Shown here piece by piece: positions 1 through 11,800 of a stretch of 64,000 nt of DNA (position 1 is the stretch's first letter; every line of letters starts with the position of its first letter). The stretch spans positions 1,325 to 65,324 of the IMG/VR virus record IMGVR_UViG_3300042544_003937; one strand, given 5' to 3'. The notes under the pieces were generated by a model. It did not search any database and was not told the origin of the DNA. It saw nothing but the letters and a program-made list of their open reading frames with translations. Source of the DNA: a virus. Its lineage: Duplodnaviria > Caudoviricetes. Made by a program: the position numbers and the translations under genes.

Positions 1-172
1 GATGAGCTTTTTTAGTTGTGTCTGCTTTAGTTGCTGTTGAATCAACTGAAGGAGTAGTTACAGTAGTTGTAGCTGTAGAATCCTGAGTTGTTTTAGTTTC
101 TTCAGTAGAAGCTGAAGTTGAGCAAGAAGCCAAAATTGCAGTAGCAACGAAAGATAAAAGTAATTTTTTCAT
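1..172 (-). CDS. Small lipoprotein, 3' end runs off the window
   Basis: Not in the ORF track. Manual translation: MKKLLLSFVATAILASCSTSASTEETKTTQDSTATTTVTTPSVDSTATKADTTKKAH. Signal peptide, lipobox LASC, Thr-rich tail with DST/DTT motifs. Confidence 0.8.
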   Translation of the reverse strand, partial: MKKLLLSFVATAILASCSTSASTEETKTTQDSTATTTVTTPSVDSTATKADTTKKAH

Positions 173-322
173 AGTCTTTTTTAATTTTAATTTTTTTTTG
201 TTAAATAATCTTGATTATATATTCATGTTTTTATTCTTTGTTTTAATTAAAAATAATATTTTTAAAAAATAATTTTCAAGGTAATCTTTTTTATATATAG
301 TTTAACTAAATTATTATTGAGA

Positions 323-1084
323 ATGAGAAAGATAAATGGTAGGTTAGAAGCTAACAAGCTTTATAAAAAAGTTAGAAAATGTATTGATAAATACAAAAAA
401 GATTATAAAGTAGAATCAAATGAAATCAGAGAATATGTAATTAATAATCTCGATAGATTCATTAATAAATATGGTTTGTCAGAGATCGATGGTATAAAAC
501 AAATAATTATTGATGTAGTTGAACACAAAAATAATATATCTAAAGATAATATGAGAAAAAAATTAATAAAAGAAATGATGAGTAATAAAGTAATTAAATT
601 CAGTAATTTCAAAAAGATAAATGAGTCTTTTATCGAAGTTGGAAAATCTAATGTCGAACATGAAAAAGTTTTAGCAGACTATTTCAACACAAGTCTTGGA
701 CACATAGAAGAAGTGGATATGGAAAATCATATCTATAGCGTCGTAGATTTCGGTAAGAGTCAAATGGTGGTAATATTCTCAAAAGAAGAAATAGAAAAAA
801 TTAGAGAAAAGATAGTTAGTGATTTAGTAATGGAGATCTCCGATAAAAATCTAATTGTCGAAGATGTTGATGGACTTAAATTCGAAAGTGAGTTTTCAAT
901 TCAAATTGGAACAATAATGGATAAATCAAAATTAGAGAATTTTTGCGAAAAACAAATTGATGAAAAAAGAGCAATTTCTTTAATTGGTTCACACCTTTCT
1001 AATGAGATAGTTTTCATGTATAATTTTAAGAAAGTTGAATACATCGATAAGCTTGGTGGATACCATATATGGAAATTTGTCTAA
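323..1084 (+). CDS. Hypothetical phage protein with internal IKFSNFKKINES tag
   Basis: ORF track 317..1084; ATG at 323 preferred; TTATATATAG at 291-300 upstream. Confidence 0.7.
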   Translation: MRKINGRLEANKLYKKVRKCIDKYKKDYKVESNEIREYVINNLDRFINKYGLSEIDGIKQIIIDVVEHKNNISKDNMRKKLIKEMMSNKVIKFSNFKKINESFIEVGKSNVEHEKVLADYFNTSLGHIEEVDMENHIYSVVDFGKSQMVVIFSKEEIEKIREKIVSDLVMEISDKNLIVEDVDGLKFESEFSIQIGTIMDKSKLENFCEKQIDEKRAISLIGSHLSNEIVFMYNFKKVEYIDKLGGYHIWKFV

Positions 1085-1164
1085 AAACATGCAAGATCAT
1101 GATATATACTAACAATATGACGACTTCTTGTCTTAATATATAATAAAAATAAACTATTATACTA

Positions 1165-2142
1165 ATGGGACCTTATGGTAATCCGAGTTCTCCAACATAT
1201 TCTTATCCGATAATGGATATCGGGTTAATGTTGTCAGCTTTGCCCGATAATGCTGGTAATGAAATTACTGCAATGAATGTTCGTGACGTTGTGTCAGGTC
1301 TTTGGGACACTATTGAATTGTTGAGTGTTTCAGTTTCTTCAGTAGGGAGTTCTGCTAGTTTTAATTATACTAACTTAAATCCAACAACAAATAGGGTTGG
1401 TGGACTCGCAACTCAGTCGACATTTTCAAATGAGTCTCTTACAGATATTTTGGATAGAATGTTGTATCCTTATACACCACCTGTTTTTTCTTTGTTTGCA
1501 AGACCATCACTTTTAGAATTTGGTAATACATCTTCTACAGTGATTCTTTCTTGGTCTATTAACTCGACAAAGAATTCTGTGGTTAATGGTTTTATAATAA
1601 GACCATCTTCTTCAGTGAATGTTAATCCTGGTTTAAGTCCTTTCACTTCAGTAAGTGGTTTATTGGGTTCGAATTCTGTTTTACCTAATCTACCGACGAC
1701 TTTTACTTTTAGTGTCAATGATATTAATGTTTTTGTTATTCCAAATACTGGTGCGATTCATCAAACGTCCGTTACTGTAAATTGGAGTTTGAAAAGATTT
1801 TGGGGAACATTATCGAGTGCTAGTCCATTAGTAAGTGTTTCTAGTGCTCCATTTTCTTTTTCTGATGTTTCAACCTTGTCTTCAGATTTATTGACAGGTT
1901 ACACTCAATCAAGAAACATAACTACGAATAATAATTATGTTGTATTTGCTTGGCCGACAAATGCTGTTGATTTGTCAACATTCCCTCCTGTTATGGAAGT
2001 GAATGGTTTACCAAATAACGATTGGACTAAAACGAGAAGTGGTGTTGTTTTTACGAATCAGTTTGGATATACAGCTTCATACGATGTTTGGAGATTTAAT
2101 TCACTTCAACCCTCTTATACATTAAATTATAAATTATCATAA
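1165..2142 (+). CDS. Ser/Thr-rich virion appendage or fibre protein
   Basis: 325 aa, beta-rich; shares a YTN...G.L...F....L..ILD..LY module with 5003..7177. Confidence 0.6.
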   Translation: MGPYGNPSSPTYSYPIMDIGLMLSALPDNAGNEITAMNVRDVVSGLWDTIELLSVSVSSVGSSASFNYTNLNPTTNRVGGLATQSTFSNESLTDILDRMLYPYTPPVFSLFARPSLLEFGNTSSTVILSWSINSTKNSVVNGFIIRPSSSVNVNPGLSPFTSVSGLLGSNSVLPNLPTTFTFSVNDINVFVIPNTGAIHQTSVTVNWSLKRFWGTLSSASPLVSVSSAPFSFSDVSTLSSDLLTGYTQSRNITTNNNYVVFAWPTNAVDLSTFPPVMEVNGLPNNDWTKTRSGVVFTNQFGYTASYDVWRFNSLQPSYTLNYKLS

Positions 2143-2157
2143 AAATAATAATAAAAA

Positions 2158-4932
2158 ATGGCTTACGCAACAAATAGTTCAGGAAATTATAGCGGAACAA
2201 TAATAGTATCACCAATAAGACCTGCAAATCCAAGCTCAACTATAGCAACAGTTTTTTCAAATGAAATCAAAGGTTCTCATCATACATATGAAACTATTAC
2301 TGAACGAGACGCAGTCATTGAAAGCAGAAGAGATTGGGGCATGTTGTGTACGGTCTATAATGATCCAACACCTTCTAATAACAAAACTTATATTTTAAGA
2401 TACGGGTTTACATCAACAACACTTTTAGATAATGGCAATTGGATTGAATTTGTGACTACGGGTGCTAATTTTGTTCCAACAGGTGGTGAATGGCTCAATT
2501 CAGTTCAAATAGTTTCTGCCACACCTTCAATTTTAACAGATGGTTATAGATATTTAGTAGATGCTGGTGGTATAGGTGATTTCTTAGGTCAAGATGGAAA
2601 AATTGCCCAATATAATTTAGTTGCATTAACTTTTTCTTTTGTTGAACCAACAGATGGAACAACATTGAGAAATGATTCTGAACCTAATGTTGTATATAAA
2701 TATCAGGGATCATTTTCATCCGGCTCATGGGTTAAAGAATACTTGAATCAAGTAAGATATTTAACTGCATATTCTATAGATGGTATGAGTTATTCTGCTA
2801 CTTCAAGTCAGACACCATTGACTTCCTATTCTGATTCTGTATATTATGTTAATTTCAATATGACTTCTTCTGGAACTGTATCTTTGAATATAGATTCAAT
2901 TGGTTTAGTGGATATAAAAAAATTAGAAAATAACACATTAAGTTTCATAAGTACAAATGAAATAATTCCGAATGTTCAATATCAGTTATTATATAATTCA
3001 GGTATATTTCAAACTGTTTTGCCAGCATCGACAACCACAACAATTGGTCCTGCAGAAGATGGTGACTACACGGATGGATTATTTACAGATTTTACAACAT
3101 CAACTCCGATAGGCACTACGGTTGATAGATTTAATGAAGTATTGAAATATTTGGCACCACCTATGGCACCAACTTTTTCAAGCTGGTCAGCTACAGGTTC
3201 TTTCGTCAATGGGGGTCTTTCGTTTGACTCTACTGTTGGAGGTTTTGTTAGTGCGACGGGTTCGCCTTATGGCTCAGTTGGCAAAGGTGAAACATTCTCG
3301 AGTTCATCCAATTATTATAGATTAGGAATAATGTCAAAAGTTAATCAACCTATTACAGGAGATCTTTATTATAAAGATATTTCAGGAACTTTCAACATAT
3401 CAGGGACATCTTCTTATGCTTTTGCTACATATTCTTTTGGATTTGCTACTAACGGAACTGTTTCTCTCTTATTAAATGGAATTACGATATCCAGTGTCGG
3501 ATTGACAAACAGTGGTTCAATCGACACAACTTCGAGTGGGTTAACTTCAGGTGTAAATCTTTCATCAGCTACTTCATCAAGATTCTCGACTGGTCAAATT
3601 TTTCCTATTTACCAAAACAGAACCGGTACTTATTTGATAAAAAGAGATAATTCGAATATTGTAGATGGATATAATTATTTTGTCGCTCGTCATGATACTG
3701 ATATAAATTCTTACATTTTGAGCCAATTTGAGTTTGTTGCTGATGGAAGTACATCATCTGTCAATCCAGTGACAAGAGTTGTTTCAAGTGTTACATCACC
3801 AAGTAAAAAATTCATTTCCGGTATTGAGTATTATAAAGATCCTATGAATTTTGTTTATACTCTAACTCTTTCTAATGTCTTAAGTAATACTTTTAACCAA
3901 TCACCATCGGCTCTTACATTCAAGGATGTTTCAACTCAAGTTTCTTCTGTTACGAATAGCGTAACTGGGACTTTAACAAATAATGCAGCTGTTACTTCGC
4001 CAGTTGGATTACCCACTAATCAAGTTTTTTATGTTGTTAATAACCAGTTTTTCACACAAAGTATTTTACCACCTCCTGGTTTTGTTCCATCAACACCTTT
4101 ATCTTACAACGTAACATATTCTATTGCTACATCCAGAAGAAGAATCAATGACTCAATTGGTTTCGCAGTTGATTTATTGAAAACTGTTCAAGGAACTTTC
4201 TCAGGAGCTACTTCTCTTGGAACTTCTGTTCCAGTTAATAATTGGTTTATTGATACTGTGCCGGCTGAGTCTACGTCAATGATTGAATATTTTTCAGATG
4301 AAGTTTATAGAAAAAGAAATGGTTCCAACAAATATAATTCTTTCCTTCTAATTTCGGATGTTAATGTTTTATGGAATTCGTCTGGCAGTCTCATCGCGGA
4401 TACTAATAATTGGAATGGTTTACAAGTAATAAACGGAACACTTGTTTATCCAAAATTTGATTTCAACTCAGTTGGTTCTGCACAAACAAATCCAAATTTT
4501 GGAATTCCCAATAGAAATTATTCTACTTCGAATACACTTTTGACCGGTTTTGGAACTAGTTCCACAAGTTCACCAACAAATTACAGAACTTACACTAGAT
4601 ATTTCAACCAAGCTGTGGCTAACAGAGCCACTTGGAGAATTTCTATTGACTTTGTTGGGACAACTTTTGTAAATTCAAATTCACCTTTGATTGGAAATAC
4701 ACCAGTTTGGATTGAAGTTAAAGTTGCAACACAAACTGGTTGGCTTGATCTTACGAAACCTTATATTTCACCAAGAACTTCAAATGGTGATGGATGCTAC
4801 ACAAGATACAATTTACTTGGCAACACTTTGAATATAACTTTTACACTCGGAGTGACCTCAAACTTTTTTCTCTTTAGAGTAACCGCTAATCCAGATTGGA
4901 CCGGACATATTAGAAGAATAACTGTGTCATAG
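2158..4932 (+). CDS. Large fibre or appendage structural protein
   Basis: 924 aa, S/T/G-rich; modules shared with the ORFs at 5003, 8102 and 12637. Confidence 0.65.
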   Translation: MAYATNSSGNYSGTIIVSPIRPANPSSTIATVFSNEIKGSHHTYETITERDAVIESRRDWGMLCTVYNDPTPSNNKTYILRYGFTSTTLLDNGNWIEFVTTGANFVPTGGEWLNSVQIVSATPSILTDGYRYLVDAGGIGDFLGQDGKIAQYNLVALTFSFVEPTDGTTLRNDSEPNVVYKYQGSFSSGSWVKEYLNQVRYLTAYSIDGMSYSATSSQTPLTSYSDSVYYVNFNMTSSGTVSLNIDSIGLVDIKKLENNTLSFISTNEIIPNVQYQLLYNSGIFQTVLPASTTTTIGPAEDGDYTDGLFTDFTTSTPIGTTVDRFNEVLKYLAPPMAPTFSSWSATGSFVNGGLSFDSTVGGFVSATGSPYGSVGKGETFSSSSNYYRLGIMSKVNQPITGDLYYKDISGTFNISGTSSYAFATYSFGFATNGTVSLLLNGITISSVGLTNSGSIDTTSSGLTSGVNLSSATSSRFSTGQIFPIYQNRTGTYLIKRDNSNIVDGYNYFVARHDTDINSYILSQFEFVADGSTSSVNPVTRVVSSVTSPSKKFISGIEYYKDPMNFVYTLTLSNVLSNTFNQSPSALTFKDVSTQVSSVTNSVTGTLTNNAAVTSPVGLPTNQVFYVVNNQFFTQSILPPPGFVPSTPLSYNVTYSIATSRRRINDSIGFAVDLLKTVQGTFSGATSLGTSVPVNNWFIDTVPAESTSMIEYFSDEVYRKRNGSNKYNSFLLISDVNVLWNSSGSLIADTNNWNGLQVINGTLVYPKFDFNSVGSAQTNPNFGIPNRNYSTSNTLLTGFGTSSTSSPTNYRTYTRYFNQAVANRATWRISIDFVGTTFVNSNSPLIGNTPVWIEVKVATQTGWLDLTKPYISPRTSNGDGCYTRYNLLGNTLNITFTLGVTSNFFLFRVTANPDWTGHIRRITVS

Positions 4933-5002
4933 ATTTTTTTGTTTATTATGTGAAGAGTGGTTTTTATTTTTTTATATATAAAATAAAAAATTAAATCCAA
5001 AT

Positions 5003-7177
5003 ATGGCTTCTTTCTCAACTGATACGTTGGCAGTCTATTCGTTTAAGAAATTACAGGGGAGATCTTTATCTGACACTAATTTAGAGTTAGTTGATATTAT
5101 AAATGAACCCTTTTCGTCTTCGATAAAACCGTATGCTTCTGAAGTATGGACATCTCAAATTCCCAACTCTGCGGATATAGCGGAGGCTCAAGGAATAGCT
5201 CTTAAAATAACAGCAGATTTACAACCAATTGATATTTCTAATGGAAAAGCCTATTCAGCTCATTGGCCGTCGACTTTACCTGAATCTTTAGATATCAAAA
5301 CAGGATTACAACTGACTTATGATCAAGGTTCGTTGTTAGGAATTACAGCAGGTTCAAAAATAAATAATATAATACCTAACAGATTCGGAACTGAATACTT
5401 TCCGGTTGTTTATACAACTTATCCTTCAGATATAATTGGCACTGGTGAGTTGTGGTTATTTGATTCTGAATCTTCCTGTTTATATATTGAAGATCTTACA
5501 ATCGGGACACCTTCAAAAATTGATGTTTATACTTATTTAGGTTCTACTCTACCTCTAAATAACACTGAACAAAATATTAGAGTTTATGCTACAGGAACAA
5601 ATAGTTATAGTGCAACAACATCTTTCCCAACAATTGCTACTTATTCACAAAACCATATTTATATTGTCGAATTCGAAAATGCAAATACCGGTAACGTTGA
5701 ATTAAATATCTCTGGATTAGGAACTTATTCAGTAAAAAGTGGTGGATTAGAATTAACAGCTGGTGAAATTATTAGTGCAACTGGAGGAACAGGCCCAGCT
5801 TATTTCTTAACTTTCAAAAATGGCCAATTTCAATTTTATACGAAACTTCCATCATCTGGTTCATCGACATATACAAACTTGGATTTTTCAACTGTTAATA
5901 TAGGTGACCTACCAGAACAAATTTCATTTGAAGATACAAAAATCCCAACTGTATTAGATAGTATTCTTTATGATAGTTATGGAAAAGTTGAATCTTTCGA
6001 ATTAGAAGATTATAATGTACTGGAAGTTGGTCAAGAAATAATTCCAAACTCATATACATTTAGTTGGATTCTATCTGGAACAGAATCTTTTGAAGACAAC
6101 TCTGTTAAAATTGTTAGACAGAATTATGGCGAAATAGTAAAAGATAATTCACTCATAAGTCCTTATTCTTGGGTTCTTTCTACAACAATGAGTTATACTT
6201 CTTCAAACTCTGAGACATTCAGTATTTATGTTAGAAGAAATAATGGAACAACAATAGGTCAAAACTATGTTCTAAATTGGAGATTTCCTGTTTATTATGG
6301 TTCAACCTCTTCTCAATCACTTACATCAGCTGATCTTCCTGGTTCATTTTCACGAGCTTATTTCACAAGTTCAAATTTCAATGTCAATATTTCGGGTGAC
6401 GGTTATAAATATATTGCAATGGAAGAAAGTATATCACCACCGTATTCACTAACAATAAATAGTGTTCCGGTTTCTATGGCGGGAACTGCACAAGGATATA
6501 CTTATTCTTCACAAATTATAGGGAATTACGGTGCAACTGTTACTTCTTTATATTATTCAAAAATATATGTGACTTCATCTAATGGTGTTGGAGCGACGTA
6601 TAATGTTTTCAGAACTTATAATAGTATATACTCCGGAATTGATATTCTTTCTGAATCTTATCAGACCTCTACTTCAAGGTTGATTTCTGGTCGAGATGGA
6701 ACAGATGGTATAAATGGTGTGACAGGTTCAACAGGTGCGACTGGTGCTCCCGGAGCAACTGGATCACAAGGTGCTACAGGACCGAGTGGTGGACCTATCG
6801 GACCAACAGGTCCTACTGGTTCAGTAGGGGCTACTGGAGCAACCGGTAATGTAACAGATATAGGAGTTAATTTTATTTCTTCGACTGTTAGTAATATTTA
6901 TTCTCTATCTTTGAGTGATGTGAATAATGTTTTATCATTTAGTCACTCTGATACTGTAACTATATCAATTCCAACTTTTGCTGAAGTTGCTTTTGCTACT
7001 GGGTCTCAAATAATGATTGTGAATTTCACAGTGGCTACTCTTTCGGTTGGACCTACATCAGGTGTAACATTAGTTAGTGCGGATGGTGCTAGAACATTAA
7101 GAACCACATATTCAGTTGGAACTCTTATTAAATTAACAACTAATACTTGGTTGTTAACGGGAGATTTAAAAATTTAA
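5003..7177 (+). CDS. Tail fibre-like protein with collagen-like Gly-X-Y segment
   Basis: GVTGSTGATGAPGATGSQGATGPSGG repeats near 6690-6850; C-terminal domain ending TLIKLTTNTWLLTGDL is typical of fibre tips. Confidence 0.7.
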   Translation: MASFSTDTLAVYSFKKLQGRSLSDTNLELVDIINEPFSSSIKPYASEVWTSQIPNSADIAEAQGIALKITADLQPIDISNGKAYSAHWPSTLPESLDIKTGLQLTYDQGSLLGITAGSKINNIIPNRFGTEYFPVVYTTYPSDIIGTGELWLFDSESSCLYIEDLTIGTPSKIDVYTYLGSTLPLNNTEQNIRVYATGTNSYSATTSFPTIATYSQNHIYIVEFENANTGNVELNISGLGTYSVKSGGLELTAGEIISATGGTGPAYFLTFKNGQFQFYTKLPSSGSSTYTNLDFSTVNIGDLPEQISFEDTKIPTVLDSILYDSYGKVESFELEDYNVLEVGQEIIPNSYTFSWILSGTESFEDNSVKIVRQNYGEIVKDNSLISPYSWVLSTTMSYTSSNSETFSIYVRRNNGTTIGQNYVLNWRFPVYYGSTSSQSLTSADLPGSFSRAYFTSSNFNVNISGDGYKYIAMEESISPPYSLTINSVPVSMAGTAQGYTYSSQIIGNYGATVTSLYYSKIYVTSSNGVGATYNVFRTYNSIYSGIDILSESYQTSTSRLISGRDGTDGINGVTGSTGATGAPGATGSQGATGPSGGPIGPTGPTGSVGATGATGNVTDIGVNFISSTVSNIYSLSLSDVNNVLSFSHSDTVTISIPTFAEVAFATGSQIMIVNFTVATLSVGPTSGVTLVSADGARTLRTTYSVGTLIKLTTNTWLLTGDLKI

Positions 7178-7188
7178 TTAACTTGTAG

Positions 7189-8073
7189 ATGATTATACCT
7201 TTAAATAGCGCAGTAAATTCTTCCTTGTTAGATCCGGATGCTTTAGCTTTTATAAAAGAAGCTGAAATAACTGATAGTTTTGCTATTAGTGCACTAAATG
7301 TTTTGTGTAAAGATTTAAAAAGAGAAGGAATTTGGGACAGTCTGTATTATGCTTTTCCAATGGTTTTTACTGGTATAACTGCAAGTATGTTACTTGATCT
7401 AAAAAATAGAGTTTCCTTGATAGAAATTCTACCACTAACTGGTTCTACGGCTGGTGTGACTTATTCATCTAATGGGTTTCAGTATAATGGTGGTGTTTAT
7501 CATGCTTTGTCGGAAATTACCCTAAATCCTTCCCCACTTTCTGACACACCTCCAGGTCATATATCGATTTATAACAGAACAAATCATGTGACTGCTGGTC
7601 TAACAGTTTCAACTGGACATGGATATTATGAATCATCGAATGGAAATAAATTCTCTATTGAGTTTTCAACTACTGGTGTTTCTGGTTCAATTTGGAATGC
7701 AACTTATTCTACAATTGGATTCACAGTTTCGAATACAACAGGATTTTATATCTTCAGTAATGTGTTTGATAATTTTGGTTTAACATCAAGTTCGGAGAAT
7801 CCATATCAATTTTATTTAAGTAGAAACGGTGAAATCACAGGAACAAGTTACAGTTATAAAAATTCTCAAAGATGGGGTTCGGGTGTTGTTATAGGTTCAC
7901 TATCTCAAGGTTATGGATTTCCACTTTCAAGAAGTTTCGATCAAATTTGTTGGTATTCATGTGGAGTTGGTTTTCAAGGTAGCTCAAGGGGCGCTCACAT
8001 AGATTCAAGTAAGGCGGAAGTTTTTTACAATATTGTTCAAAATTTTCAAAAGGCACTCGGAAGAGAAGTTTAA
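7189..8073 (+). CDS. Putative fibre-tip adhesin or lectin-like protein
   Basis: Directly follows the fibre gene; DPDALAFI...DLKREGIW N-terminus, beta-rich core, C-terminus IVQNFQKALGR. Confidence 0.5.
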   Translation: MIIPLNSAVNSSLLDPDALAFIKEAEITDSFAISALNVLCKDLKREGIWDSLYYAFPMVFTGITASMLLDLKNRVSLIEILPLTGSTAGVTYSSNGFQYNGGVYHALSEITLNPSPLSDTPPGHISIYNRTNHVTAGLTVSTGHGYYESSNGNKFSIEFSTTGVSGSIWNATYSTIGFTVSNTTGFYIFSNVFDNFGLTSSSENPYQFYLSRNGEITGTSYSYKNSQRWGSGVVIGSLSQGYGFPLSRSFDQICWYSCGVGFQGSSRGAHIDSSKAEVFYNIVQNFQKALGREV

Positions 8074-8101
8074 CATAAAATAAAATTTAATATATAGAAT
8101 T

Positions 8102-8803
8102 ATGAGTTTCAAAATAACAGGTTGTGTAGAACCATTCAATACTTCAGATACTTATCCTGTCATTGATCCGACTTGGGGAATTGATGGACTAAGATGTGTT
8201 TCTTCTCTCACAGAAATGTATAATATTTCACTTGAAAGAAGAAGAGGTGGTATGATTGTAGGTGTTCAAGATTCAATTCTTAATATAACAGATTATTATA
8301 CACTAAAGCCCGGTGTAACTTGGAGTGTTGGTACACTTTCTGTTACTGATTGGGATCCACTTTTTATTTATGGAACAGGTGCAAGCGCCATAGGTGTGAG
8401 ATATAATATTGCAAATGAAACTGTTGTAGTAGCTCCAAATCATCAATATCTTCTTTATGGTAATCTGACTATAGGAACAAGTGGAGTTTTTCAAAGTTAT
8501 GGTGAAACAGTTATTATAAACGGATCAATAGTTTTAGCTGGTGATGGAACTTATTCTGTTGGTGGTTCCGGAACAATTAGTTATGTTAGTTTGTCACAAA
8601 CAGATAAATACACAGCTACTTTTTCAGCGAGTCCAGATGCTACTTTGAATTTTAATCATTCACTTGGTTCTGAAGATATTTTTTGGTCTGTAAGAGACGG
8701 TAATAATTTTATCTATCCAAACGTTGAAATTGTAGATTCTAATAATATATCATTATACACGACAGGAACCATTAGCAATGGTAGAATAAATATTTTGAAA
8801 TAA
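8102..8803 (+). CDS. Virion structural protein
   Basis: N-terminal module GLRCVSSLTEMYNISLERRRGGMIV resembles the N-terminus of the 2158 ORF. Confidence 0.6.
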   Translation: MSFKITGCVEPFNTSDTYPVIDPTWGIDGLRCVSSLTEMYNISLERRRGGMIVGVQDSILNITDYYTLKPGVTWSVGTLSVTDWDPLFIYGTGASAIGVRYNIANETVVVAPNHQYLLYGNLTIGTSGVFQSYGETVIINGSIVLAGDGTYSVGGSGTISYVSLSQTDKYTATFSASPDATLNFNHSLGSEDIFWSVRDGNNFIYPNVEIVDSNNISLYTTGTISNGRINILK

Positions 8804-8804
8804 A

Positions 8805-11800
8805 ATGTCAACTAATAAATTCTTTTATGTACCAGAATGGCAAACAACAGCAACAGTATCTGCACCTGATGTGGGTTTTGTTAAGATATACACAAAATCA
8901 ACTGATGGTTATCTTTATTTAGCTGATAGTAGTGGAAATGAGAAAAGAATAGAATTCGCACTTTATCCTAAAAACGGTCTAACCGTTACAAACTTTCCAA
9001 GTACAAATCCACTCGGATATCAGTTAGACCTATCGATAGGTGCTGGTCTAACATTTGCTGGTAATTATGTTGGTTCTTCCGTCAGTGTTTATAATGTTGA
9101 ACCTAATATGTTAAAGTCAACAGGTGGTGCAACTTCTGGATATCTTCTTTCAACCGATGGTTCAAACTTTGTTTGGTCACCTTTTTCTTTTCCGGGTGTA
9201 AGTGGTTCAGCAGGAAAAATTGCTAAATTTACTTCGAGTTCAACTGTTGGAGATTCACTTATATCAGATGATGGTTCAATGATTGTTATTGGTTCAACTC
9301 CTTCTTTTGCGGTTAGCACAGTAAACATCGTTGGTAGTGTTTCACTTATTGGTAATATCTACATTAATGACGACAATAATGTCTTCTTGAAACATGATAA
9401 TGGATTCTTTTTCCAAACAGATGAAAATTTTATTGTTGTTGACGAGAATGGGTACTCATATTTAAGATTAATGACTGATAATGTTTCAGTTTATACTTAT
9501 TCAGTGATGGAAAATGCTCTATTCATCAGTGATGATGGATCATATAAATTTTTAACTTCTAATTTAGATAAGGCTAACTTTGGTTCAACCTCATCAACAT
9601 TCACCTTTAGTATTTATTCTGATACGGCAGGTGCAATCGAAATAAAAGATGGAACAGAAGGTTCAAACAAATTATTGACTTCCGATTCTAATGGTGTTGG
9701 AACTTGGCAAAACCTAAATGAAGGTGCTGGTATTAATTTAAATGGATTAACAATTTCAGTTGGTCTTACTGGTTATGGATTAACTATCTCCGGTGATGCA
9801 CTTACTTTTGATTATTCAATTATCGGAACTTCCCTTACACATTCAACTGGTATTATAAACATAAATAACAGTGGAGTTACGGCTGGTTCTTATGGTGGAT
9901 CAGGTTCTACTACTGCTATAACCGTTGATACTTATGGTAGAGTAACAAATATTTCCTCGTTTACAATATCTTTACCAACATTCGATGATTATATAAATTA
10001 TCCTGGTGATAAAGGATTGACTGCAAATGATGTTACTCAAGATGGAGGAACGGCAAGTGACACACCAATCAGTCAAACACCAATTGGATATGTTTCAGTT
10101 TATGTACTGGGTCAATATCTTGCAGTCGGTGACGGTACAACTAATTCAAGTTGTTATTTTGGAACAAATTCAGGATCACCTAAAAGTTTTTCGGGTCCGA
10201 ATTCTATTCAGGCAGGTGATTATCTTTATTGGAATCCAAGTATCGCGGGTTTCAACTTAGAAAGTGACTTTATAATTTCATTAAATTATGTTGTGACTCC
10301 CGGATCTTCTGGTTTATTTGGTATAACAGGTTCGACAGGTCCTATTGGATTAACTGGTTCAACGGGTGCGACTGGCTCAGTGGGCGCAACTGGAAGTGAT
10401 TCATCAAATTCTTCGAGATGGATATTCTCAACAGCATCGGTTCCACCAACCGTTGATCCTGGTTTTGGATATTTTATTTGTGATTCAGTCACATTTTCAA
10501 GTATTTTAACAGTTGGTATTTCAAGTTATGACGCTAATAATATAAATTATAATGTATGGTTATCTAATTTATATACAAATTATACGGCTGGTAGAAAATC
10601 TTATTTACAAATAGTTGAAGTAGGTTCTTCTGATATAATAGGTTTGTTTGAGGTTACGAGTGTAACTGACTGGGTTACATACTTTGATGTTAACATATCT
10701 CCTATTTCTGTAAATGGTTCATTAATAAATGATAGCCTGTATTCAATATCTTATGTTTATAATGGAAAAGATGGTTCAGACGCAGGTGTTGGTTCTCAAT
10801 GGGAGTGGAGAAATTCACCTACGGCTCCTGCTGATCCGAATTTTAATAGATTCATAACCGATTATACCGATTTGGCTTCAGTTAGTAATGTAAGTATTTC
10901 AATCTACAATAAAGACGCTGTTTTACATTATGATTGGTTAGACTATATCAATACCGCATCAACATCTGGAAGAGAAGTTTTAATTCAGATAACAGATATT
11001 AACGAGCCTAATAAGTTTGGTGTTTATAAGATCGGTGCGGCAACTAATAACACAAGTTATTTTGATTTCACTATCGCATCTGTTTTAAGTGCAACTGGTA
11101 GTTTTGATCAATATGATAACTACATGATATCATTCAACGTTTCTGGTTTAGCAGGTGCTACAGGTGCGGGTATAACCGGAGGTGTCGGTGCTACGGGTAT
11201 AGATTCTGCGAATTCTGTTAGATGGATTTATAGTAATTTGGCTACCCCACCGTTAAATGATCCTGGTGCAAATTATTTTTATACAGATAGTTCAGGATTA
11301 GGTTCAACTACCATTTTAGGAATTTCCAAGGATGATATAAACAGTATAGATGTCTATTCTTGGTTATCTCTTATGAACAATCTTTACAATTCAAATAATC
11401 CGATTTATCTTAAAGTTGAGGAGTTAGGTAATCCTTCTGTAAACGCTTATTTTGAAGTAGTCAGTGTAGCTGATAATGTTAATTATTTTGATATTACAGT
11501 TTTGAATCAAATCGGTAATGGGTCTTATACAAATGGTTCGATCTATTCTATTTCTTTTGTTCATAATGGTATAAATGGAAATGATGGTGGCAATGGAAGT
11601 AAATGGAACTATGAAATAAGTTTGACTTCTCCAACAGACCCAGGAATAAACAAATTCTGTACAGACACCTTCAATATTGGTTCAATTAGTAATATAAGTA
11701 TATCAACAACTGATGTTGATCTGAATGATTATACAGCTTGGATGTCATATTTAGAAAGTGGAGTTTCTTCTGGAAGAGAATTGTTTTTGGAAATAAATGA

